From Pseudomonadota bacterium (GTDB lineage Bacteria; Pseudomonadota; Alphaproteobacteria; Caulobacterales; Hyphomonadaceae), in assembly GCA_039026555.1 (NCBI GenBank), contig JBCCMB010000001.1:5631-69630 (forward strand): a stretch of DNA of 64,000 nucleotides, in the 5' to 3' direction. The notes beneath the pieces are model-generated. The model had not been told where the DNA came from. It saw only the letters and a list, made by a program, of their open reading frames with translations, and ran no database searches. Both the position numbers and the translations under genes were made by a program. Below are positions 47,315 to 55,783 of the stretch, one piece after another. Each line of letters begins with the position of its first letter. Position 1 is the stretch's first letter.

Positions 47315-48388
47315 ATGATGACCGAACAACGCGCCGCTTATCCCTATTTCAAGCGAGGCATTGCGGGGTATGAGCAGGAGCCCGCGCCGCGAGCGGAAGA
47401 GGCGCGCCCTTATGATCGCAGAAAAGCGGAAGCGTCCGCCGACTATATCCCCCATGAGGATTTGTCTCACGCCGTCAATGTCGCCTTGGCGCTCGGCATG
47501 CCGCTCTTGCTCACCGGCGATCCCGGGACCGGCAAGACCCAACTCGCTTACGCCGTAGCGCATGACCTTCAATGCCCGGTTCACAAATTTGAAACCAAGT
47601 CGACGAGCGCCGCGAAGGATTTGTTCTACACCTATGACGCGCTAACCGCGTTCAAGATTAAGGAGGCGGCCGATCCGCGTCAGTTCATTCGCTACCAAGC
47701 GTTGGGCCGCGCCATATTAGAGGCGTTTCCCTCAAACCATCCCGCCGTCGAAAAGCTATTGCCTCCAGCGGGATCGCCCAACCACACGCATCCAGGGCGA
47801 CCGCGTCGCGCGGTCGTACTCATCGACGAGATCGACAAAGCGCCGCGGGATTTTCCCAATGACTTGCTCAACGAAATAGACCGTCTGCACTTCCGAGTGC
47901 CGGAGCTTCAAAATATCGGGTCCCCCGGAGCGGACGCCGCCGAACGAGGTGAAGACGAAAGCGAGCAAGGCGTGTCGCCGGAATTTCGGCCCATCGTCAT
48001 CCTAACGTCGAACTCCGAAAAGGGATTGCCCGATCCGTTCCTACGCCGCTGCGTTTACTATGACATTCCCTTCCCGGAAGGCGATCAGATGGCGAAAATC
48101 GTAGCGGCGCGCGTGAAAGGCGTGGACGCCGGCGACCCCATGCTCGCGGATGCGCTGGATCTCTTTTATTCGCTGCGCCACGACAAAGGGCTGACCAAGC
48201 TGGCCAAAGAGCCGTCGACGGCCGAATTGCTGAATTGGCTGCATTTGCTGCTTCATCGCGGCGTTGCTGGGGGTAAGTCCCTTAAGACCCAGCCGGATCT
48301 GGTGAAGCAGACAATCTCCACGCTCGTGAAGAATTCGCGCGATCGGGAAGAGGCGATCGCTTTTGTCGATAATTGGAAAGCCGGCTGA
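47315..48388 (+). CDS. MoxR-like AAA+ ATPase
   Basis: PLLLTGDPGTGKTQLAYAVA (Walker A), AVVLIDEIDKAPRDFPNDLLNEID (Walker B and the MoxR-typical stretch) and ILTSN (sensor 1). Confidence 0.85.
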   Translation: MMTEQRAAYPYFKRGIAGYEQEPAPRAEEARPYDRRKAEASADYIPHEDLSHAVNVALALGMPLLLTGDPGTGKTQLAYAVAHDLQCPVHKFETKSTSAAKDLFYTYDALTAFKIKEAADPRQFIRYQALGRAILEAFPSNHPAVEKLLPPAGSPNHTHPGRPRRAVVLIDEIDKAPRDFPNDLLNEIDRLHFRVPELQNIGSPGADAAERGEDESEQGVSPEFRPIVILTSNSEKGLPDPFLRRCVYYDIPFPEGDQMAKIVAARVKGVDAGDPMLADALDLFYSLRHDKGLTKLAKEPSTAELLNWLHLLLHRGVAGGKSLKTQPDLVKQTISTLVKNSRDREEAIAFVDNWKAG

Positions 48389-48412
48389 ACGGGGTAGGGC
48401 GGGATTTGCGCC

Positions 48413-51400
48413 ATGGCCGATGGAGCATCAGCAGCAGAGTTCGAGGACGAAGAGGTCGCGCGCCTTTTGGGCGACGAGCTGGAGCGGCTTTTTGATCGCC
48501 TAGACGAGGCGGGGCTTTTGGTGGGGCCGCGTGAGCGGTCGGCGGCTTACGCCATCGCGTTTCAATGGCTTGGCGGAACGCGCGCGCCGCCCGCCCGCGC
48601 ATCTGAGGCGATGTGGCGGCTTCGCCCGATGCTGGCGCCCGTTCTCGCCCGAACGCAAAATGATCGGGCAGTTTTCTTCCATGTGTTCGACACAAATTAC
48701 GAACCTCAGCCTATTAACCCGCCCGATGAGCCGGACCCACCCTTAAAGGGTTGGCCTTGGCGGCGGATCGTGCTGGGTATCGCGGCCACGATCATGCTCA
48801 GCGGATTGGCAAGCGTTGTCTATCATCGAACTCAGAATGAGGCCGACGTGGTCGTCGTCGAGGACGGCCCAAGCGGCGTCGCCAAAATCGAGCCAATTCA
48901 GACGGATGGCGATGCGCCGGTCGCGACTGAGAGGAGAGCCGCGCCATTGGCGGACCAAACGGCGAATGATTTTCTCAACCGCATTCGCGATGCCGCAACG
49001 GCAATCGATGGCGACGTCTACAGGTACGGCCTTGCTCCCACGCTGGAGGAAGTCGCCAAGGAGCTGATCGACGACTCCAGGTCGTTGCGAAACGCGACGC
49101 CGGCGGATGGTGGAGGCGTCGCGCTATCGTCTCAAACGACTATTTTAGCCGGCGGCGTATTAAGTGGCGCGGCGTTCTCAAATGATGAAACACGCATCCT
49201 CTCATGGAGCTCGGACAACACCGTCAGACTCTGGGACGCGCAGACCGGAGACCAGATCGGGCCGTCCATGCAACATAACTTCATCGTCCGGGGCGCGGTG
49301 TTCTCAAAGGATGACACACGCATCCTCTCATGGAGTGTGGACAACACCGTCAGGCTCTGGGACGCACAGACCGGAGACCAGATCGGACCGTCCATGCAGC
49401 ATGAGGACGCCGTCGGGGGCGCGGCGTTCTCAAATGATGAAACACGCATCCTCTCATGGAGCGACGACGCCACTGTCAGGCTTTGGAACGCACAGACCGG
49501 AAACCAGATCGGGACACTTATGGGACATGGACGCGACGTCTATGGCGCGGCGTTCTCAAAGGATGAGACGCGCATCCTCTCATGGAGCCGGGACGCCACC
49601 GTCAGGCTCTGGGACGCGCAGACCGGAGACCAGATCGGACCGTCCCTGCAACACGAGCACGTCGTCCTGGGCGCGGCGTTTTCAAAAGATGAGACACGCA
49701 TCCTCTCATGGAGCGACGACGCCACCGTGCGGCTTTGGGACGCCAACACAGGCGATCAGATCGGACGGCCAATGGTACATAAGGGCAGGGTATCTGGCGC
49801 AGCGCTCTCAAAGGACGAAAGCCGCATTCTGACTTGGAGTGAAGATGGAAGGATAAGCTCTTGGAGCGACCCGGGGGCCTCTTTAGACGCGGAGTGGAGC
49901 GCCGACGCCTATGCGCGCCGGCTGAGCGACCTTACCGGCTTGCCGGGCGGGGCGCCGTTATCGATTTTTGCGAACAATGGCGCGCTCTGGGCGCGCCTGG
50001 CCCATGCGCTGTCGCGGATGGAGCAGCCGGGTCGAGAGACGTCCTTGTCCCAACTTCGCGCCGACGCTGCCAAATCTCTGGAGGACGTCCAACCCTCGCG
50101 CGTAGATCGGATCGCCGAAAAGCTGCGCGCCCTAGACGCCCCGCCGACGGATCGCGCCGCGCTCTTTGACGCCGTTTTCGCCCTCGATGAAGCAGCCGCG
50201 TCCGATGCGCCCAGCATAGATCAAAACATCGGTTTTGGTCCGGCCTCCGACGTGCTGCGCGCCGCCGCGATCGCCGGCTTGGATGCGGCGCGATATGGCG
50301 ATCCGCCGTGGCTGAACCTTAAGCCGCCGGCGCGTCCGGCCGCTTCGCCCGCGCCGGCCTGGCTGTGGCCTCTTTCTGTTTTGATACCGCTGGCGTTCGC
50401 GTTTTGGGTGGCGTCGTCGCTCGCTTTGAAGCGCGCCTATCTTCGCCGCCGCGCGCCGCGCGTCCCGCCGCTTCATACCAAATTCGTCAGCGAGGCCGGC
50501 CGGAACGTCGCCTATCAAGCGGGTCTCTTCCAGCGCGCCGCGCAGCAATTGCTCACGCGAACGCCCCGCGCCAGCGCCGCAATCGACATTCCTGCGACGG
50601 TCTCGGCGACGCTTGCGGAAGGCGGCGAGATTATCGCGCCGGTTTTTAAGGATGCGCGTCTGCGTCCCGAATATCTGGTGCTGATTGAAGCGAACGCCGC
50701 CGGCGACCAGGAGGCGCGCCGGTTGAGGCGGATGGCCGAGCGTCTAGAGGACATCGTCGATTTAGACGTCTTTTACTATCAGACCGATCCTGGCGAGTTG
50801 GAGAGTGAGGACGGCGCGAACCGCATCACAATTGAACAAGCCCAGTCGCGCTATCCGGACCATCGATTGATCATTCTCGGGACGGGCGGAGGCTTTCTTG
50901 ATGCCGTGGATTTGTCTCTTCGTCCCCCAGCGCAGAAGCTTTTCTATTGGGAGCGGCGCGCGCTGCTGACGCCTATTCCTCTCGCGGAGTGGAGCAAAGA
51001 GGATTACGCGCTGGCCAAAGCGCTAGAGATGCCCATCGGGCGTGCGACGCCTGAGGGTCTGCTCACGCTCGCCGAACTGCTCGGGTTAGAAGGCGCTGAA
51101 GCTGGGACCGAACCCAACCCGAGCGGAGACGGCTTGGCGCGCCCGCTGCCGGACTTGTTTCGCAATCGCTCGCAGCGCTTTTTGTTCAACGCGCCGCCCG
51201 ACCAAGCAACAATAGCCGATCTTCTACGTGAATTGCGCAATTATCTAGATCCGTCGGCGTTCGATTGGTTCGCGTCATTAGCGGTTTATCCGAATGTTCA
51301 ATGGGATTTGACGCTGCTTCTGGGAGTCAAGCTGCCCCGTGCGCCGGGAGAGGACTTTGCCACTAATCCGCTTTATGATGAACGTCGGCTGGCCGCGATC

Positions 51401-54400
51401 ACGCAGTTGCCTTGGCTGCGGTCGGGCCGCATGCCCAACTGGCTCAGACGCACTTTAATTAGCAAGCTGTCGCCCGAGCGGCGCGAGGAGATCAAGGCCG
51501 TTCTGGACGAGCTGCTTGAAAATGCGCGACCTAAGAACAAACACGAAGTCGACGCGATCGAACTCAGTATCCGTCGCGATAAGCCTAAAGACACAACACG
51601 AACTGACCGTTTGCTAGACGACGAAGTCCTGCTCGACTTTCTCGCCTCCGGCCAACGAGAGGATTTTGCGTTGGCGCGGTTCTCACGGTTCGCTGAATTG
51701 TTCGATCGCGGGTTTTGGGATCGGATAGGCGGGCCCGAAGGCGTTGCGGGCGCAGCAGCGCTAGCCTTCTCATTGACCGCGTTTGTCGTTACCCCGCGCG
51801 CCGCAGACGGCGCTGTTGTGACCGGTGCTTATGCGCCGCTATGGCTTTTGGGCGTCGGGGGGCTGCTGGTCTTTGCATTCTGGAAGCCCGACATTGCGGC
51901 GGCTCGTCTCGGCGCCGCGTTCGAGCGCGCCGCGCCTGGCGCTTTGGCTTTGTTCTTGGCGACGCTGGGCCCGCTCGCGGCGGCGTACGTCAGCGCTCGA
52001 TCAGGTGTAGATCCGCTGTCTATAGTCGCGACGTCGAATACCACGTCATTTTGGATCTGGGGCGCGTATATCGCTCAATTTGGTCTTCTCGTCGGCGGGC
52101 TTTGGGTCTCACGTTCGATCTGCACGCGCTTTGGCCTTCGCATCTACGTCGCTGCATCGCTGCCTGATTGGGCCGAGTTGTCGATCAAAGCTGCGGGGCT
52201 GGGCGCGTTCGCTTTGGCGATAACAGCGCTCGCCGGAAATGTTCCCGGCCTAGCCGAGTTTTCGCGCTCGCCACTTGTTGACCCAGACCAATTGGACGCG
52301 TCGGCGATGCTTTGGCTCGGCGGTTGTCTCGCCGTATTTTTGTTGGGCTGGCTGGCTGCGCAGTTCGCGCCGGATATGCAGACGATCCGGGCGGCGAGCG
52401 CCGGCCGCAGCGCAAAGCCCGCACTATTCGCGATTGTCGCACGCGCCCTCGCCGCACTTGTTCCCGTTGTAGCGTCATTGGCGGCCTATTGGCATGTGTC
52501 CTTGACCTCGTCGCGATCAGACCTCGCTATGGATGAGACGGTTTTCCGACCCGCTCTGACCGCAATATCGCCGGACGGCGAGACGCTCGCAGCGGTCGAC
52601 ATCGCCGGGCGGCTTGTCGTTTCGCATGCCAACGCCGCCGCGCCTTACCGCGCCGACCCGACGCAATTGAGCGACGCGCGCGCGCCGTTCACGGCGTTGG
52701 CGGTTGGCGGCGAAGGTGAAGCCGTCATCGCTTTCGCAGATGCAGACGGACGAGTCTTTGAGGCGACGCCGTATCGCGACGCCGTCGCGCCCGTCGTTGA
52801 TCCGTCGGAAAATTCCGGTCGGGCGCGTAGCGACGGCGCGCCGGCCCAACTCGCGTTCGGCCCCAACGCGCAACTCTGGACGGCGATAGAGACAGCGGAA
52901 GTCGGTGTTCGCGTTATCACCGCAGGCCGAGCTTGGAACGACGCGGAGCAGAGCGGCCCGCCACAAGCACTTATTGCTGTGAGTGGAGGCCGAGCGGCCT
53001 TAGCGACACTGGACGGCCGTATTCGTTTGGTGACGCCCACAAGCGACGGTCTCGCCGTTCAGCTGATTGGCGCCAGCGGGTCTCTCGCGCCGTCGCGTCA
53101 GCTCAGTTTCGATCCGGACACGATGACACTTCGCGCTGGTCTGATCGATGGCGAGATATGGGAAGCAAATTTGGTCGACAGCGGCGCTTCGTTCGAATTT
53201 GTAGGCCGCGCCAACGCCATGGCGCTCGGGCCGGCGCCTCTCTACACGACATCTTCTGAGATCTCACCATTTGTTGGGCCCGCCACGCCCTCGGGCAGGC
53301 GGCTCGCGCTTGTAATTGGAAACGCCGAGTACGAGCAATTACCAGACCTGAAGAATCCCTTGAACGATGCGCGCCTCATTTCTGAGTCGTTGGAAAGTTT
53401 AGGTTTCGAAGTATCCCGGCTACAAAACGCGTCGCGCAACGAAATGCTTCAAGCGGTGCGTCAACATGCTCAGAATGTCGCGGCCGCCGGGCGTAATTCT
53501 GTGAGTTTTGTTTATTTTGGGGGACAAGGCGTTGAGATAGACGGTCAAAACTATTTGATTCCAACTGACTTGAGTGCGCACGAGCCAGCCACCGTCCGAA
53601 GCGATTCACTACTTCTCAATGATGTAATAAGTGAAATCGATACGGTCGGGCCAGCGGCTAGCCTTTTCGTACTGGATACCTGCCGAAACGATCCATTTTC
53701 TGGCCAACGCGGATCAATCGGCCAAGGTTTTGCTCCCGCGAACGCGCCGACAAACACCTTCATCGCCTTTGCGGTCGAACCAGGAGGGATAGCGCTCGAC
53801 AGTTTGGATGCGAGGGACAATAACAGTCCTTACACCTCGACGTTGGCGGAGACCTTGCTTATTCCGGGGTTATCTGTGCAGGATGCGTTTGCCGAGGTTC
53901 GCCGCAAGGTGACGGCTGCGACATCAGGCGAACAAGTGCCATGGATATCGGACCGTTTAGCGAGCGAATTTTGTTTCGCTGGCTGCGAGGTGCAAACGCC
54001 CGAGCCGGCCGCCATCCCCTCGGCGCTCCCACCTCGCCTCTATATCCAGATCGCTTCAGAGGCGCAGCGCGAAGACGCGTTACGTGTTCGCGAGGCGTTG
54101 TCGCCGCTCGACGTAGACGTGCCGGAGTTTGAGGTGCGTAGCGCGAGCATGCCGGACCGGGGGGAGTTTCGCTATTTCCGGCGCTCGGAAGAGGGGCTGG
54201 CGCGTGAAACGTACAACGCGCTGCCGGATCTCGACGCCGGCGGTGCCGCCTTTGTCTACGTGTCCGGCTATGAGGACTCCGAGGACATCCGAGACAATCA
54301 TTTCGAGCTTTGGCTGCCCGGTCCTACGATGTTGGAGGACGATTTCCAGCCGGGTTTCGAGTTTCGCGATGTGATTGAGGGCGCGCCGGAGATCGCGACA

Positions 54401-55135
54401 CCCGAGATGGTCGTGATTCCGTCGGGTCGGTTCCTGATGGGTTCGCCGGCGTCTGAGGCCGCGCGCGACGATGATGAAGGCCCGGTTCGGACGGTTCGGA
54501 TCGATTATCAGTTTGCGGTCGGCAAGTATGAAGTGACCTGGGCGGAATGGGAGGCGTGCGTCGCCGACGGCGCGTGCGATGACGCCGGTCCGGTCGGCGC
54601 AGACGGGGATGAAGGCTGGGGGCGCGGGTCGCGTCCTGTGATCAATGTGGATTGGAACGATGCGCAGGCCTATGTGCGCTGGCTGTCGCGCAAAACGGGC
54701 AAGACGTATCGTCTGCTGTCTGAAGCGGAATGGGAGTATGCGGCTCGCGGGGTGACGACCACAGAAGCCGTCTCGACGCGTTTCAGCTGGGGAGACGAGG
54801 ATCCGGTTTGCGAACGCGGCGCGCCGAACGGGGCGGTGTTTAGTCGATGCGAAGGCGGGGGAACGCGGCCCGTTGGGTTTTCGGCTCCGAACGCCTTTGG
54901 TCTTTACGATATGCACGGCAATGTTTGGGAATGGGTGGAGGATTGCTGGAATGACAGCTATTCTGGCGCGCCATCGAACGGCTCAGCTTGGACGCGCGGC
55001 GGATGTTCGCGTCGTGTTCTCCGCGGTGGTTCCTGGGGCAACGATCCGCAGCTCCTTCGCTCGGCGGACCGCCTCAGGAGCACCACCGCGAACCGACTCG
55101 ACTATGTCGGTTTCCGTGTGGCCAGGACGCTTTAA
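48413..55135 (+). CDS. Giant 2240-aa multidomain protein: N-terminal domain - TM - WD40 repeats - TM - large unassigned region - ~7 TM helices - propeller-like region - caspase-like (C14) domain - FGE-sulfatase domain; DGR target 4
   Basis: Six 42-aa WD40 repeats (TRILSWSxDxTVRLWDAQTGDQIG). Hydrophobic helices at about aa 115, 650 and 1130-1400. Caspase-like RRLALVIGNAEYEQLPDLKNPLNDA...VYFGGQG...NYLIPTD...FVLDTCRND. The FGE domain has MVVIPSGRFLMGS...RVLRGGSW. Confidence 0.85.
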   Translation: MADGASAAEFEDEEVARLLGDELERLFDRLDEAGLLVGPRERSAAYAIAFQWLGGTRAPPARASEAMWRLRPMLAPVLARTQNDRAVFFHVFDTNYEPQPINPPDEPDPPLKGWPWRRIVLGIAATIMLSGLASVVYHRTQNEADVVVVEDGPSGVAKIEPIQTDGDAPVATERRAAPLADQTANDFLNRIRDAATAIDGDVYRYGLAPTLEEVAKELIDDSRSLRNATPADGGGVALSSQTTILAGGVLSGAAFSNDETRILSWSSDNTVRLWDAQTGDQIGPSMQHNFIVRGAVFSKDDTRILSWSVDNTVRLWDAQTGDQIGPSMQHEDAVGGAAFSNDETRILSWSDDATVRLWNAQTGNQIGTLMGHGRDVYGAAFSKDETRILSWSRDATVRLWDAQTGDQIGPSLQHEHVVLGAAFSKDETRILSWSDDATVRLWDANTGDQIGRPMVHKGRVSGAALSKDESRILTWSEDGRISSWSDPGASLDAEWSADAYARRLSDLTGLPGGAPLSIFANNGALWARLAHALSRMEQPGRETSLSQLRADAAKSLEDVQPSRVDRIAEKLRALDAPPTDRAALFDAVFALDEAAASDAPSIDQNIGFGPASDVLRAAAIAGLDAARYGDPPWLNLKPPARPAASPAPAWLWPLSVLIPLAFAFWVASSLALKRAYLRRRAPRVPPLHTKFVSEAGRNVAYQAGLFQRAAQQLLTRTPRASAAIDIPATVSATLAEGGEIIAPVFKDARLRPEYLVLIEANAAGDQEARRLRRMAERLEDIVDLDVFYYQTDPGELESEDGANRITIEQAQSRYPDHRLIILGTGGGFLDAVDLSLRPPAQKLFYWERRALLTPIPLAEWSKEDYALAKALEMPIGRATPEGLLTLAELLGLEGAEAGTEPNPSGDGLARPLPDLFRNRSQRFLFNAPPDQATIADLLRELRNYLDPSAFDWFASLAVYPNVQWDLTLLLGVKLPRAPGEDFATNPLYDERRLAAITQLPWLRSGRMPNWLRRTLISKLSPERREEIKAVLDELLENARPKNKHEVDAIELSIRRDKPKDTTRTDRLLDDEVLLDFLASGQREDFALARFSRFAELFDRGFWDRIGGPEGVAGAAALAFSLTAFVVTPRAADGAVVTGAYAPLWLLGVGGLLVFAFWKPDIAAARLGAAFERAAPGALALFLATLGPLAAAYVSARSGVDPLSIVATSNTTSFWIWGAYIAQFGLLVGGLWVSRSICTRFGLRIYVAASLPDWAELSIKAAGLGAFALAITALAGNVPGLAEFSRSPLVDPDQLDASAMLWLGGCLAVFLLGWLAAQFAPDMQTIRAASAGRSAKPALFAIVARALAALVPVVASLAAYWHVSLTSSRSDLAMDETVFRPALTAISPDGETLAAVDIAGRLVVSHANAAAPYRADPTQLSDARAPFTALAVGGEGEAVIAFADADGRVFEATPYRDAVAPVVDPSENSGRARSDGAPAQLAFGPNAQLWTAIETAEVGVRVITAGRAWNDAEQSGPPQALIAVSGGRAALATLDGRIRLVTPTSDGLAVQLIGASGSLAPSRQLSFDPDTMTLRAGLIDGEIWEANLVDSGASFEFVGRANAMALGPAPLYTTSSEISPFVGPATPSGRRLALVIGNAEYEQLPDLKNPLNDARLISESLESLGFEVSRLQNASRNEMLQAVRQHAQNVAAAGRNSVSFVYFGGQGVEIDGQNYLIPTDLSAHEPATVRSDSLLLNDVISEIDTVGPAASLFVLDTCRNDPFSGQRGSIGQGFAPANAPTNTFIAFAVEPGGIALDSLDARDNNSPYTSTLAETLLIPGLSVQDAFAEVRRKVTAATSGEQVPWISDRLASEFCFAGCEVQTPEPAAIPSALPPRLYIQIASEAQREDALRVREALSPLDVDVPEFEVRSASMPDRGEFRYFRRSEEGLARETYNALPDLDAGGAAFVYVSGYEDSEDIRDNHFELWLPGPTMLEDDFQPGFEFRDVIEGAPEIATPEMVVIPSGRFLMGSPASEAARDDDEGPVRTVRIDYQFAVGKYEVTWAEWEACVADGACDDAGPVGADGDEGWGRGSRPVINVDWNDAQAYVRWLSRKTGKTYRLLSEAEWEYAARGVTTTEAVSTRFSWGDEDPVCERGAPNGAVFSRCEGGGTRPVGFSAPNAFGLYDMHGNVWEWVEDCWNDSYSGAPSNGSAWTRGGCSRRVLRGGSWGNDPQLLRSADRLRSTTANRLDYVGFRVARTL
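49150..49900 (+). repeat. Tandem 126-bp in-frame repeats encoding WD40 blades
   Basis: Period 126 nt (units start at 49166, 49292, 49418 and so on). Units 1 and 3 share an identical 45-nt string, GGCGCGGCGTTCTCAAATGATGAAACACGCATCCTCTCATGGAGC. The sixth unit is degenerate. Confidence 0.85.
55007..55132 (+). repeat. DGR variable repeat VR4
   Basis: I count 14 mismatches to the TR, all at TR adenines. It is on the opposite strand and ~29 kb from the TR. Confidence 0.85.
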
Positions 55136-55156
55136 CCCTCTTTTCCTTATGGCTTA

Positions 55157-55206
55157 GCCGCGCAAGCGGCGGGGCTAGAACTCGCGAAGCGGGTCAAGAT
55201 TTTTTT
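55157..55206 (+). terminator. Post-VR4 module: GNRA-loop hairpin plus rho-independent terminator
   Basis: GCCGC-GCAA-GCGGC (55157-55170), then ACTCGC-GAA-GCGGGT (55180-55194) followed by CAAGATTTTTTT. Confidence 0.55.
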
Positions 55207-55249
55207 GGGTGCGTTTTGGCTTCTGGCTCAGTCTGCAATGCCGCCGATT

Positions 55250-55560
55250 GTTTTGAAAAAGTCTGACTGCGACGCCTGCGCTCTCAAGTCGAAATACCGC
55301 TCGGACCTGCCGGTGCGCCGCGTCCTGCGCTCGTTGCACAAAGATGCTCGCGACATCGCCGGACGGAACACGGCGTCTGACGCCTACCTGGTCTCTACGC
55401 GGGAGCGGAATAAAGTGGAGATGCCGTTCGCCCACCTTAAACGCATCCAAAAGTTCGATCGTTTGCGCCTTAGCGGACCAAACGGTGCCAAGGACGAGTT
55501 CTTCCTCGCCGCAACCGCCCAAAACCTCTGAAAACTTGGGAAGCTGTCTATCCGCAGCGT
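55250..55560 (+). pseudogene. C-terminal remnant of an IS5/IS1182-family transposase
   Basis: RERNKVEMPFAHLKRIQKFDRLRLSGPNGAKDEFFLAATAQNL matches the conserved C-terminus of this family. No N-terminal part is present. A TGA sits where the family continues with RKLAK. Confidence 0.65.
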
Positions 55561-55783
55561 CATCCCAGAACCCGCCTGAGGCATGGGGAGCCGATCAGCC
55601 GAAATCAGAGGCGCGGAGAAACCGCCTCGGCAGCCGGTTTTTTCAACACTATCGGCCTGAAGCAGTACTAGTGACAGCTATAGATCATAATCCCGCCATT
55701 CGATGTCTTTCAACGACTGTCCGGTTTCGGCATTTTGAGATGCTCGCGTATAGCGTTTACTGACGGCCATTGGCCCCTCGCGG

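Noticed and set aside
49164-49832. 222-aa ORF in an alternative frame, plus antisense ORFs 49132-49473 and 49540-49749
   Set aside because: These are repetitive artefacts of the WD40 repeat DNA read in other frames. There is no start context, and they lie fully inside a well-supported gene.
49150-49900. Regular 126-bp repeats as a CRISPR array or minisatellite
   Set aside because: The repeats are contiguous with no unique spacers, in frame, and encode canonical WD40 blades inside a long ORF.
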